From: Myxococcota bacterium
GTDB taxonomy: Bacteria; Myxococcota_A; UBA796; CAJQPC01
DNA: 64,000 nt
NCBI GenBank assembly: GCA_036012755.1
Contig: DASCPX010000016.1
Span: 1 to 64,000, forward strand
Reading direction: 5' to 3'
Shown here: piece after piece, positions 18,466 to 28,877 of the stretch
How the letters are laid out: each line of letters starts with the position of its first letter
Numbering within the stretch: the first letter of the stretch is position 1
Position numbers and translations under genes: made by a program
Notes under the pieces: generated by a model
Told to the model about the DNA's origin: nothing
Databases searched by the model: none
What the model saw: the letters and a program-made list of their open reading frames with translations, nothing else

Positions 18466-20747
18466 CAGAAGCGAGCCTCCACGCCGAGGGTGGGCAGGAT
18501 CGGCAGGTGCGCCATCGGCACCATCTCGCTGTAGTCGTAGTCGTAGACGGCGATGAAGGCGTTCTTCCGCCAGGTCAGGTTGTAGACGTCCAGCCTTCCG
18601 ACCCAGTCGACGCGGCGGGTGGACCAGGTCTTCTGGAGTCCTGCGTCGATGCGAAAGTAGACCGGGTAGCGCTCGCTGTTGATCTCGCCCCGGTACTCGG
18701 TGAACCAGGCGTCTTGGGGCACGTAGACACCATAGAGCGGCGTATAGGGCTGGCCGGAGGTGAACTGCATGCGGGCCGAGGCGCTCCACTCCCGCTGCAT
18801 GTCGAGGGCGCCGAGCACCGTGAGCGCGACTGGCTGGTCGTAGTCACCGGAGAAGGCCCCGAGGTCCTCGTCGATGCGGATCGCGCGACCGATGGTGAAG
18901 GCCACCCAACCCCACCAGGGAGCCTGCTCGGGCTGCATGCGGATGAGCCCCTCGAACCCGGCGGAGTAGCCCCGCACGTGCAGGAACTCCGGGCGGAGCG
19001 TGGAGTACGCGACGTCGTCCTCTGTGTAGACCTCTGAGACGAGGTTGCGCACGATGAGATCGTCCATGATCGCACCATAGACGGAGGCGTCGAAGGAGAG
19101 CCCGGCGACCAGCGGTCCTTCGGCGCCCACGCTCGCCTGCCACGCGGACATGATGGGGAGCTCCGGGTTGCCGATGCCCTGGGCGTAGCGCTCGACCGGC
19201 GGCATCTGGCTGTAGCGGCCGATCGCGGCCTTGCCGAGCCAGTCGTCTCCGACGTCGCGACGCAGGGACAGGCGAGGCTCGGCCTGGAGCGAGGTCTGGC
19301 CGTTCCAGGCGTAGGCGCTGCCTCGCAGGCCGGGGGCGACGTACCAGGCGCCGACCTTCAGCTGGGGCTCGAACCAGGCCGAGCCCGTGCTCTGGTCGTC
19401 GCGGCTCTCAGGCACCTCCGCCTCCGGGTCCTCCCAGACCCCGGAGAAGTCGTAGGCGACCACGGGCCGCAAGGTGACCTGGGCTCCGTGGACCAGGGTC
19501 ACGGAGTCGGAGAGCTCCCAGCCCTCGTCTCGCCGCACGATCAGGCTCATGCCCTCGGTCTTGCCCAGGTAGGGGCCCTGACGCGACATCTGGCCGGCTC
19601 CGAGCAGGTTCTGATCGGTCTCCTGGCCATAGGCGACCCAGGTCCCGTGCCGGTGGAAGCCGTCGTCGTGCACCCAGCGCAGCCGCACGCGCACGAACTG
19701 CTTGTCGATGTACTCCTCGGGGTCGTAGGGCAGGTCCCAGTCCTCCCACTCGGGGGCATCGGGCTCGCCGTCTCCGTCCTCGTCGTAGCGGCCCTCGCGC
19801 AGCACCAGCCGGTCGCGGCTCGCGAGGAGCAGCAAGGAGACCTCGTCGTCGTGGTTGGCCTGCCAGCGGACGTCGGCGAAGAGATCCGCGTACTTCGGAG
19901 AGAAGTAGCCAGCCTCGTAGGACTCACCGCCGGCGCGCTTCACCGCGATCATGCTGCCCCCCCAGATCAAGGCGTGCATCCAGGAGTACCGGCCCGCCGC
20001 TCGGACGACCAGGTGCTCGTTGAAGCGGTGCTCGAAGCTCGCGCTCCCGTCGAGGAAGTCCAGGCCGACGTGGGCTCGGGTGCGGCCCACGGGGTAGGCG
20101 TCGGTGACCACGTTGACCGTGGCCTGGGTCACCTCGCCATAGGCGCTGGGCATGCCGCCCGGGTAGAACTCGATCTGGTCGATGAAGCCGGGCGGAAGGA
20201 CGCTGCGACCGACGAGGCTGTGGAACATGTACGGCACGGGCATGCCGTCGACGGTGTAGGCGGTGTTGATGCCCTCTGCCCCTCGCACGACGAGGGCCCC
20301 CTCCGCGATGTTCGGCCGGGCCACGCCGGGCAGGGCCTGGAGAGCGCGCACCGGATCGCCGAAGGTCCCGGGCACTGCCCGCAGCTCGTCGGCGGTGACG
20401 ACGGTCTTGTGGACCTCTGGGCCGATGGCCTCGTCCACCACGGTGATCGTCATGCCAGGTGGGGCCTTCATCCGGATCTTGATGCGCGCAACCTCACCAG
20501 GGCCCAGGCGCTCGCGGTCGAGCTGGAGGCCGTAGGCGTCGTGCCGGATGACGATGTCGTAGGTGCCGGCGACCGTGGGGATCTCGAAGCGGCCGGAGAC
20601 ATCGGAGCGCCCGCTGGCGACTACCCGTCCGTCGACCTTCAGCGCGATCTCGGCACCCACGACCGGCTCGCCCGTGACGTCGTCGATGAGGATCCCGCCA
20701 AGGGTGGCTGGAGCAGCGGCGACAGCAGCAGCGACCAGGTTCAACAC
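18465..20747 (-). CDS. TonB-dependent receptor with N-terminal carboxypeptidase-regulatory-like domain
   Basis: Plug VPGTFGDPVRALQALPGV...VRG, EPRLS, LDVYN, C-terminal Phe. Confidence 0.92.
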   Translation of the reverse strand: MLNLVAAAVAAAPATLGGILIDDVTGEPVVGAEIALKVDGRVVASGRSDVSGRFEIPTVAGTYDIVIRHDAYGLQLDRERLGPGEVARIKIRMKAPPGMTITVVDEAIGPEVHKTVVTADELRAVPGTFGDPVRALQALPGVARPNIAEGALVVRGAEGINTAYTVDGMPVPYMFHSLVGRSVLPPGFIDQIEFYPGGMPSAYGEVTQATVNVVTDAYPVGRTRAHVGLDFLDGSASFEHRFNEHLVVRAAGRYSWMHALIWGGSMIAVKRAGGESYEAGYFSPKYADLFADVRWQANHDDEVSLLLLASRDRLVLREGRYDEDGDGEPDAPEWEDWDLPYDPEEYIDKQFVRVRLRWVHDDGFHRHGTWVAYGQETDQNLLGAGQMSRQGPYLGKTEGMSLIVRRDEGWELSDSVTLVHGAQVTLRPVVAYDFSGVWEDPEAEVPESRDDQSTGSAWFEPQLKVGAWYVAPGLRGSAYAWNGQTSLQAEPRLSLRRDVGDDWLGKAAIGRYSQMPPVERYAQGIGNPELPIMSAWQASVGAEGPLVAGLSFDASVYGAIMDDLIVRNLVSEVYTEDDVAYSTLRPEFLHVRGYSAGFEGLIRMQPEQAPWWGWVAFTIGRAIRIDEDLGAFSGDYDQPVALTVLGALDMQREWSASARMQFTSGQPYTPLYGVYVPQDAWFTEYRGEINSERYPVYFRIDAGLQKTWSTRRVDWVGRLDVYNLTWRKNAFIAVYDYDYSEMVPMAHLPILPTLGVEARF

Positions 20748-20828
20748 CCCGCAAGGATGCCCGAGGCCGCGGCTGGGCGCATCAACGACGAGGTGCTACC
20801 GTCCGCAGGTCGAAGACGGGAAGACAGG

Positions 20829-22098
20829 ATGTTCTTGGTGTGGCTCGGCTGAAACCCGGCGTTGGCCGAGACTCCAACGACGATCGCGGCCTGCACCGCC
20901 CCCCCCCCGGCGATGCCCGGGGCCACGAAGGAAGCGATGAAGGCGGCGGTGCGGATCGAGACCGTGCGGTCGAGCGGGAGCGGAGTCGTGGTGTCTCCGG
21001 ACGGCTTCGTGCTGACCGCGGCGCACGTGGTGGGCGGCGCCAAGACCGTCGACGTGGTCCTGGCGGACGGCTCCTCCATCTCGGGGACCGTGCTGCGGCG
21101 CAACCCCAGCGCGGACCTCGCCCTGATCCATCTCGGCGAGGAGGGTTTCCCGTGCCTGTCACTCGCTGGCGCACGGGCGGACCTGGGGACCGAGCTCTAC
21201 CTGATCGGCTCACCCGGAGGCGAGATCCTCACCCACACGCTGACCCGGGCTCGACGGTCACCGAGCGACCCGAAGATCCAGCCGATCGCCTCCCCACGAA
21301 GGAGGCCTGCCGAGACGTGACCGGCGGCACGGACCCGGTCAGCGGCCTCTACCGGATGACCGCCGAGGCCAGCGACATGTTCTGGCTGCAGTGGGAGGTG
21401 GGGGGCCAGGCCCACTACACGACCTCCCTGCGCAGCTACACCTTCGGCACGAAAGAGGCCATCTCGACCATCCCCGGCGCGGTGACCCTGGACTACGTGC
21501 TCGCCGACGGCACGAAGATCCGCCTGGTGAACAGCGGCGCCCGCGTCGAGGTCATCCCGCAGTACAACGTCGTCGTCATCTCGGTCGACTTCGTGCTCTC
21601 GGACGAGGCGGTCTCTGCCTTCGCGAGCTCGCCCCCGACCTTCCGCCGCTGGACGATCGCCGGGAAGACCTTCGACCAGGAGCGCAGCACCCGCCAGGGA
21701 GAGAAGTACTACCGGCCGATGTTCGGCTGCGTGATGGCCGGGATCGACAAGTACAGCGACGACGGGGGGGCAGACTCCGAGCCCGAGCCCGAGCCCGAGC
21801 CGGTGACAGAGGCCCTCGACCTGACCGCACCGCCTCCAACCGAGGTCGTGCCAGAGGCCGTGAAGCCGCGGGGCGGCCCGCTGATGATCGCTGGCGGTGC
21901 TGGGGTCGTGGTGTCCGGAACGTCGATGTTCATCGCCTCCCGGTACGCCGCAGCAGCCCGATCGGCCCAGGGGGCCGAGGTCTACGACAGCAGCGTCCAG
22001 GCAGCCAGGGCCGCCGAGACCGCCGGCTGGGTGACCGGAGCTGCCGGGCTGGCGCTAGTAGGCACCGGCGTGACCCTTCGCTTCGCGGGAGAGAGTGA
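20829..22098 (+). pseudogene. Trypsin-like (S1C) serine protease pseudogene
   Basis: In-frame TGA 20850-52 in the signal; GSGVVVSPDGFVLTAAHVV and DLAL present; GNSGG absent; frame switch near 21245; end approximate. Confidence 0.75.
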
Positions 22099-22512
22099 TC
22101 CTGCTCCTCGGCGCCTGCCTCTTCGACGTGTCGAACCCACGCTTCGACGGGACGGGTGACGACAGCGCAGGCGACTCCAGCGTGCCGGAGGTCGAGGACT
22201 GCAGCGACTGGGGTGATGGGCTCACCGGCAAGATCTACAGGAACGGGAACGTCTACGCGAGCATCGAGGATGCCGTGAACAACGCCGCAGAGGACTCCTT
22301 CGTGGAGCTCTGTCCCGGCACCTACCGCGAAAACATCGACCTGCGCTCCCGGATGACGCTGAGGCGCAGGCCAGGGGTCGAAGGCGAGGTCCTGCTCGAC
22401 GTCCTTCCCGGCCGACCTCGGCCTGGCCGGCGGGGGCTCGTTCGAGGGCATGGACGCGCCGGGGCCGTCCTTCTCCTGCGACACCACGGGCGATGAGCTC
22501 TACTGCGACTGA
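22095..22512 (+). pseudogene. Lipoprotein with beta-helix-type N-cap, core deleted
   Basis: MILLLGAC; YASIEDAV...LCPGTYRE; near 22398 jumps frame to a ...FSCDTTGDELYCD* tail. Confidence 0.6.
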
Positions 22513-22515
22513 TCG

Positions 22516-24114
22516 CTACTGCTCGAACCAGCGGATGTAGTAGGGCTTGACTGGTTGGGGGACGGGGTTCGGCGCGATGCCAGGCGTACCCCGCGGGTGG
22601 AGCTGCTCGGCTCGGGGGACCTGGGCGCGATCCAGGCGGCCGGTCGGTGGATCCGGGTCGAGCGCCCCGGGCGCCCAGGTCCACAGCTGGATGCCCGAGT
22701 CGTGGGCAAGGAGCTCCGCGCCGCTCATCGCCTCCACCCGGGCGATGACCTCGGTCGCCTCGTCGTGGATCAGGATGTGGCTGGCCGCACCCAGTCCCCG
22801 CTCGTCTCCCTTGTGGGCGAGGCTCTCGCCGATGGTGTAGGAGCGCGAGCGGCCGCTGGCTGCGAGGCACCACTCGACCGGCACGACCAACACGGCGTCG
22901 GGGGGGACCTGCTCCGCGAGCGCCCAGGCAGGGTGGGTCCATGAGGGTTCGACCGGTGTCCAGCCCGTCACCCAGTTCCGCTCCACCGCCCAGGCCTTCA
23001 TCTGGTGGCCACACCAGGCCGCCCCGACAGCCGCCGCCAGGATCGGCAGCACCCTGGCGGCCACGCCCAGCCGCGACCAGGCCAACAGGCGCAGGATGCG
23101 GGCGGCGCCGACGACGCTGGCCACGGCCGCGAAGGCCACCGCCGGTGCGACGTGATGAGCGTGGCTGGACCAGTGCCGATCGATGCCATGGCCCGATGGG
23201 ATCGTGGCGTGGACCAGGAGCGTGCCGATGCTCCCGAGGAGCGGGATCGGTGCGAAGAGCGTCAGGGCCGGGAGGGGGCCGAGGCAGCTGAGGTAGAAGT
23301 TCGTCGAGCCCGCCCCTTCGAGCTTGATGACGCCGCGGGCCGAGATGAAGTCGTGGGAGACGCCCTGCAGCGGCATCGCGTATTCGTCCTGGGGTACGAG
23401 CTCCGTCGACAGGACGACGTAGGCTCCGACCATCACCAGCGCGATGGCGACCCTCAGGAGACGACCCAGGGGACGGAGCCGTCCCCGCAGGGTGGGCGCC
23501 GCGCAGAGAGGCAGCGCGACCAGCGCGATGACCGGCGCGAGAACGAGGGTCTCCTCTCGCGGCAGGATGCAGGCGAGCGCACCGATGGGAGCGAGCCACC
23601 AGCGCTCGTGACCGAAGGCCCACCAGGCGAGCACCACTCCCGGGAGCGCGAAGACGAGGTCCTGGTAGTCCTGGAGGGCGAGCTCGAGGACCGGCGGACT
23701 GGCGAGATAGAGCGCAGCCAGCATCAGCCCCCAGTCGGAGCCGAGGTGGCGGCGTCCGATCAGGGCCGCCGGGATGACGCCGGCGAGCACCGCGAGGATC
23801 TGGATGTGCGAGAGGGTCTGGGCGCTGGGAGCGACCCCGTAGAGCCAGGCCACCGGCACCAGCACGGGCGCACGGTGGCCACCCCACGTCCAAGCGTCGG
23901 AGTAGCCGCTGTGGATGGTCTGGGAGAAGCCGTCGCCGAAGCGGAAGTTGAAGATCAGCTGCTCGAAGACCGCCAGCCCGTAGGGCTCGACCGTCTGCAT
24001 CGCCGCGATGCGCGCTGAGATCGTGCTGGAGGCCGTGCACCACCAGAGCCAGGCCAGGACCGCCAGGACGGCAATCGACACCCCTGGCGCCAGGAATCGG
24101 CGGTCCAGTCGCAT
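22516..24114 (-). CDS. DUF2079-like polytopic membrane protein (GT-C-like)
   Basis: LAVFEQLIFN, GGHRAP, LYLASP, REE; many TM segments. Confidence 0.7.
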   Translation of the reverse strand: MRLDRRFLAPGVSIAVLAVLAWLWWCTASSTISARIAAMQTVEPYGLAVFEQLIFNFRFGDGFSQTIHSGYSDAWTWGGHRAPVLVPVAWLYGVAPSAQTLSHIQILAVLAGVIPAALIGRRHLGSDWGLMLAALYLASPPVLELALQDYQDLVFALPGVVLAWWAFGHERWWLAPIGALACILPREETLVLAPVIALVALPLCAAPTLRGRLRPLGRLLRVAIALVMVGAYVVLSTELVPQDEYAMPLQGVSHDFISARGVIKLEGAGSTNFYLSCLGPLPALTLFAPIPLLGSIGTLLVHATIPSGHGIDRHWSSHAHHVAPAVAFAAVASVVGAARILRLLAWSRLGVAARVLPILAAAVGAAWCGHQMKAWAVERNWVTGWTPVEPSWTHPAWALAEQVPPDAVLVVPVEWCLAASGRSRSYTIGESLAHKGDERGLGAASHILIHDEATEVIARVEAMSGAELLAHDSGIQLWTWAPGALDPDPPTGRLDRAQVPRAEQLHPRGTPGIAPNPVPQPVKPYYIRWFEQ

Positions 24115-24124
24115 GGGGCCGGGC

Positions 24125-24840
24125 TTAACCCGTCCCCTCTCGCCCTCCGGGTGACTGGCGGCGCCTGCGCAACAGCAACAAGCCGGCGAGGTCCAGCAGG
24201 CCGACCGGCCCTCCTCCTCCGCAGCCGCAGCCCTCGTCGTCGAAGCTCGGGGCCTCCTCCGTGCAGACCTCGTCGACCTCGCCGTCCCCGTCGTCGTCGT
24301 AGCAGGTCGTCCCCTCGTCGACCGTGTCGTCACAGTCGGTGTCGGCGTCTGCTGGCTGATCGTCAGTCGGCGAGAAGCGCACGGTGATGAGGCGCTCTTC
24401 ACCCTGCGGCACGGGCAGCGGGTCGTCGAGGACCTCGTAGGAGGGCAGATCGATGTCCCACTCGCGCACCGTGGTGGGCATGTCTCCGGCGCCCGAGAGC
24501 GTGAACTCCAGCTCGGCGACCTCTCCGGGCTCGACGAAGCCGAAGTCCAGCGAGGCGGGCCAGCCTCGCAGCCGAGGCTCACCGCAGAAGCCCCGCACCT
24601 GGAGCTCGGGCAGCGTGTTGTCGGTGTCGCTGGTGATCTCGACCAGGGCCCGGTGGTAGCCGCGAGCCGGGGGCTCGAAGGTGAGGGTGGCGAAGCCGGT
24701 GCCACCAGCCGGGATGATCTCGTCCCAGGAGTCGACCCCGAAGCCCTCGCCCTCGACCGGGGTCAGGCTGATGTTTCGGATCGAGATGTCCCCGCCGCGG
24801 AGGTTGTCCAGCTGCAGGGTGAGCTCGAGGGCATCCAGCG
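24125..24840 (-). pseudogene. 5'-truncated Ig-like (choice-of-anchor D type) surface protein with collapsed Cys repeats and MYXO-CTERM-like tail
   Basis: Frame open upstream of 24598 (LTLQLDNLRGG...); LDFGFV, ITVRFSP; GCGC...LLLLRRRR; no signal peptide. Confidence 0.65.
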
Positions 24841-25363
24841 CATCCGCGGCTTCGACAGCCCCGTGCTGACCGGCGGCGGAGCGGGGACCATCGTCGAGGT
24901 CCGAGGAAGCAGCCAGGTCGAGCTCAGAGACCTGGTCTTCGAGGCTGGCGCGACCTGCGCCGGCGCCATTCGCCTGGGCGAGCTCGTCAGCTGTTCGGGA
25001 GACACAGCCGAGCTGAACACGACCACCACGGGGAGCCTCGCGCTGGACGGGGTCTCGATCACGGCGGTGGGCTCCAACGACAGCACCATGGCCGCCGTGG
25101 TGCTCACGGGCGGCTCCTTCGAGCTCGTCGACTCGACGATCGACCAGGCGGAGCCGAACGCGATCCTGGCCTATGACTCAGGGATCTCCTGCGTCGACAG
25201 CGACGTGATGTCCTACCCCGACGCCGGCGTGCAGGTCTACGGCACCGGCTGGAGCTTCGACAGCAGCGGCTGCACCTGGGGCGACGACGTCCTCGTCTAC
25301 GAGGGCAAGACCCTCTGGGACGGCGAGGGCGACGTCTCCTGCGACGCGAGCGGCTGTCAGTAG
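24841..25363 (+). pseudogene. 3' fragment of a beta-helix (pectin-lyase-like) protein
   Basis: PVLTGGGAGTIVEV...LRDLVFEAG...VSCDASGCQ*; no credible start. Confidence 0.55.
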
Positions 25364-25893
25364 TCGACGAGGAAGCCCCGGCGCCAGTGGAACGCGTCTT
25401 CGTCCTCGTCCGGGGTCTCGGGCTCGAGGTAGCCCCAGCAGAGCTCGCTCTCGCCGACGCCGTCACCGATGCGGACCAGAGCCTTGAGGCGACCGAAGCC
25501 ATAGAAGGCGGGCTCCTCTGTCTGGGCCGGGAAGATCCCGGCGACGCCGGTCACGTTGTCCTCGAAGGAGATGGTCGGCATGTCCTCGAGGTCCACGCCC
25601 TCGGGCAGGACGGCGTCCGGGGTGATGAACGCACCGGCGAAGAAGCGGATGGCTGTGCTGGAGCCCGTGCTGGTCGCGGTGAGCCTGTAGGCGAAGCCCC
25701 AGCCCTCCTCGTCCAGGTCGTCGAAGAAGTCGGTTCCCCAGCCCTCGCCCTCCTCGTCGACAGCGTCGTCGAGCACGTCCGCCCCTTCGTACTCCGCCTC
25801 GAGGTCAGGGGCCTGGTCCCAGTCCGTCAGGCCGAACGCAGCCTCGCCGCACACCCGGTTGCGGCATGCGGCGAGGGAGAGGCCAAGCAGCAT
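25357..25893 (-). CDS. Acidic lipoprotein, last gene of the FHA/SEDS-PBP operon
   Basis: MLLGLSLAAC; TGATG overlap with the SEDS-PBP stop. Confidence 0.7.
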   Translation of the reverse strand: MLLGLSLAACRNRVCGEAAFGLTDWDQAPDLEAEYEGADVLDDAVDEEGEGWGTDFFDDLDEEGWGFAYRLTATSTGSSTAIRFFAGAFITPDAVLPEGVDLEDMPTISFEDNVTGVAGIFPAQTEEPAFYGFGRLKALVRIGDGVGESELCWGYLEPETPDEDEDAFHWRRGFLVDY

Positions 25894-28877
25894 CAACGTG
25901 ATGCTTGCACGTCCGCCTCGAAGTAGCCGAGGTCCGCGGCAGCCTGGGCGACCTCCACCGCCGCGGGACCTGCCACCGAGGCGCCGAAGCCACCTCGGGG
26001 AACGAGCACCACGATGGCCAGCCTTCCGGGCGCCACCGCCTGCTCGGCGCGGAGCTCGTCGGACTCGGCGATCAGCGCGAACCATGCGTGCGGCGTCGCG
26101 TCCTCGCCGACCTCGAGTCCGTAGGGGATCTCGTCCGTGCGGCCCTTATCGTCGGCCGTGCCCGACTTCCCGTAGAGCCTCACGCCGTCGACGTCTGCGA
26201 GCCGCTTGCCCGTGCCGCCCGGTCCCATCACCTTGCGCATTCCCTTGAGGATCACGGACAGGGCGCGGTGGTCGGAGGTGAGGACCACCTCCTCACAGAC
26301 AGAGTCGACGGACAGATCGTCAGGACAGCGCCGATAGACCCCGCCTGCCGCGATGGCGGCGACGATGCGGGCGGCCTGCAGCGCGGAGAGCGCCGCGGCG
26401 CCCTGGCCGAAGCTCGTGCTGGCCAGCTGACGGCTGCCAGCCGGGCCCGGCTCGAAGTCGTCGGACCAGCCGATCTCGACACCCTCGGCCACGAGCCGGC
26501 GGAAGGGCTCCGGGCCCAGGTCCAGCCCGAGCTGACCGAAGAAGACGTTGCACGAGACCTTCAGCGCCGTGGACAAGCCGATGGTGCTGTGGGGCTCGTC
26601 CTTCCAGTAGTCGTGGACGCCGCGGGTCCAACCCCTGCGGATGAAGACGGGCCCGCTGGAGTCCTTCCTCACGCAGCCCTGGGTCGTGTTGACGTGCCCC
26701 TCGCGCACCGCGACCAGGGCGGTCACCAGCTTGAAGATCGAGCCGGCTTGCAGGACCAGCTGTGTCATGTCGGTCCAGGGGCCGTAGCTCCCCGTGAAGA
26801 CCTCGTCTCCCACGATGACCGGCTCCAGGGCAGCGGGGCCAGCGGCGTCGAAGGCCGGGGACTGGGCCCGCGCGATGACCCGCCCGGTGTCGACATCGAT
26901 GACGACGATGGCGCCGCCTTCTCCGAGGTCGATGCGGGCGAGGGCCTCTGCGGCCGCGCGCTGGAGCTCGTCGTCCAGGCTCAGCTGCACCTCTCGGGAC
27001 TGCACATCGGCCGCGATCTGCAGGAGACGCTCGGCTCGCTCGTCCCGATCGAGGCGCATGAGGGGGAGCAGAGGCGCGTAGTCGGGCACCGCGTAGGGGG
27101 TCTCGCTGCCGTCCGCGTGCGCGAAGACGTAGGGCTCGCGGGAGCCGAAACCCCGGAGCCGCTCCTCGTAGAAGCGCTCGAGGTGGTACTCGTGCCGCAG
27201 GACCCTGCTGCCACCGGCCGGCCCGAAGATGCTGCCGATGCCGAGCCCCGGGTCCAGCTCACGGCTCGAGTCGACGAGCACGTCGCGGTCGCGATCGAGG
27301 AAGGGCCCGCGGGGAATGGACGCCGCGATGCGGTCCAGCCGCGGGTTCATCTCGATGGTCACGGTGCGATCGGCCAGGGTCCGGACGAGGGGCTCCGTGG
27401 CGATCCGGTCCGCGGCGAAGAGGCTGATCTCAGCCAGCGTGAAGACGCCGACAGCCCCGATGAGCAGGGCGACGACCCCGAGCTCGCCGAAGCCGGTTCG
27501 CAGCTCCACGAGCTCACCGCCGAGGCTCCGGGCCTGGCCGTCCTCGGCGAGCCGCAGCACGACACAGACAAGCCCCACGAAGGCGATCATGGAGCTCTTG
27601 CCGTCCGAGAGGAAGGGGGCCACGACGCCAGTGAGCGGGATGATCCCGACGGTCCCACCGAAGATGACAGCGAACTGGATCGCCAGCAGCAGGGACAGCG
27701 AGCCGGCCATCATGCCGCGCCGCGGGGTGCGGTTGTGGACCGCCACCATCAGGCCCTGGAAGACGAGCGCGCCGATGACGGCGACGTAGAGCCCGAGACC
27801 GACCAGGCCCTGCTCCTCGGCCAGGTGGGCCATCACGAGGTCCGTGTGGCCGGCCTCGATGGCGCCGATGTAGGCCTCGCCGGTGCCCAGGCCGAAGAGG
27901 CCTCCAGAGGCGATCGCCCACAGGGAGTGGCCGAGCTGCGCGCCATAGGGCAGCGCGTTGTCGAAGGGGTGGAGCCACATCAGGATGCGCGTACGGACGG
28001 TGTCCCCGATGGCCTCTGGGTTGGCGATGACGAAGGCAGCCACGAGACCGACGACGACCACGACCAGCCCAGCCCAGAACTTCGAGCGCGAGGCTGCGTA
28101 GAACATCGTGATGAACATCGCGCCGAGGATCAGGGTGGGACCCAGGTCGCGCACGACCACCAGCCCGACGAGCAGGGCGAACAGCACCACCAGGGAGCCC
28201 GCCAGCAGGTCCGGGCGAGGGATGGTGAAGGGCCCGACGCGGACCCGGTGGGTGCGCAGCCGGGTGGCGACCTCTGCGAGGCTCAGGGCCAGGACGACGG
28301 CGAAGGCCATCTTCACGAGCTCGAGGGGCTGGAAGACGAACAGGCCGAGGTCGAAGTTGATGAAGGTGTCGGAGCCGTCGGGCCCGCTGCCGAAGAGGCG
28401 CAGGAGCACAGGCACGACCACCACGGAGGCAGCCAGCGGCCAGCGGAGCTTCCAGACCACGCCGTCCGGCTCCCAGGGGGAGGCCAGCACCAGTCCTCCC
28501 AGGATGCCAGCCATCAGCACGCCCGTAGCGAAGCCAGGACCGGGCCAGCCCGCGCCCCGAGTCGGGTCGCCGTAGCCGATCTGGATCATGAGGCCGAAGG
28601 CCATCGCCAGGACCAAGGCCGGCAGCATCAGCGGCACCAGGATGTGTCGCCCGCCGCGGCGGAGCCCGATGAGCCGTCCGCTGAGCAGGGCGAGGCCTCC
28701 AAAGACGAAGAACCAGGCGCTGCGCGAGGCGATGGCGAGGACCTCTGCGTCCGTCCGGAGCAGCTCCCCAGAGCGACCGGCGGCGTGCACCAGCGTCACC
28801 TCCGCCGCCTCCTGGGCACCGAAGAAACCCACCGCGATGGCCGCGATGGTCAACAAGATCTCGATGAACGTCCTCAT
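25893..28877 (-). CDS. FtsW/RodA (SEDS) - class B penicillin-binding transpeptidase fusion
   Basis: SEDS: QPLELVK, DLGP, GGLFGLG, HTD, EEQG, PLTGVVAPFLS.G.SS; PBP: RGPFLDR, SIFK, SCN, FGQG, KSGT. Confidence 0.93.
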   Translation of the reverse strand: MRTFIEILLTIAAIAVGFFGAQEAAEVTLVHAAGRSGELLRTDAEVLAIASRSAWFFVFGGLALLSGRLIGLRRGGRHILVPLMLPALVLAMAFGLMIQIGYGDPTRGAGWPGPGFATGVLMAGILGGLVLASPWEPDGVVWKLRWPLAASVVVVPVLLRLFGSGPDGSDTFINFDLGLFVFQPLELVKMAFAVVLALSLAEVATRLRTHRVRVGPFTIPRPDLLAGSLVVLFALLVGLVVVRDLGPTLILGAMFITMFYAASRSKFWAGLVVVVVGLVAAFVIANPEAIGDTVRTRILMWLHPFDNALPYGAQLGHSLWAIASGGLFGLGTGEAYIGAIEAGHTDLVMAHLAEEQGLVGLGLYVAVIGALVFQGLMVAVHNRTPRRGMMAGSLSLLLAIQFAVIFGGTVGIIPLTGVVAPFLSDGKSSMIAFVGLVCVVLRLAEDGQARSLGGELVELRTGFGELGVVALLIGAVGVFTLAEISLFAADRIATEPLVRTLADRTVTIEMNPRLDRIAASIPRGPFLDRDRDVLVDSSRELDPGLGIGSIFGPAGGSRVLRHEYHLERFYEERLRGFGSREPYVFAHADGSETPYAVPDYAPLLPLMRLDRDERAERLLQIAADVQSREVQLSLDDELQRAAAEALARIDLGEGGAIVVIDVDTGRVIARAQSPAFDAAGPAALEPVIVGDEVFTGSYGPWTDMTQLVLQAGSIFKLVTALVAVREGHVNTTQGCVRKDSSGPVFIRRGWTRGVHDYWKDEPHSTIGLSTALKVSCNVFFGQLGLDLGPEPFRRLVAEGVEIGWSDDFEPGPAGSRQLASTSFGQGAAALSALQAARIVAAIAAGGVYRRCPDDLSVDSVCEEVVLTSDHRALSVILKGMRKVMGPGGTGKRLADVDGVRLYGKSGTADDKGRTDEIPYGLEVGEDATPHAWFALIAESDELRAEQAVAPGRLAIVVLVPRGGFGASVAGPAAVEVAQAAADLGYFEADVQASR

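Noticed and set aside
21778..21802. (GAGCCC)n tandem repeat
   Set aside because: Encodes an EPEPEP linker in frame
22095..25363. 22095 and 24841 fragments as one gene split by an insertion
   Set aside because: Each has its own Cys-containing C-terminus, and no terminal repeats or transposase were seen
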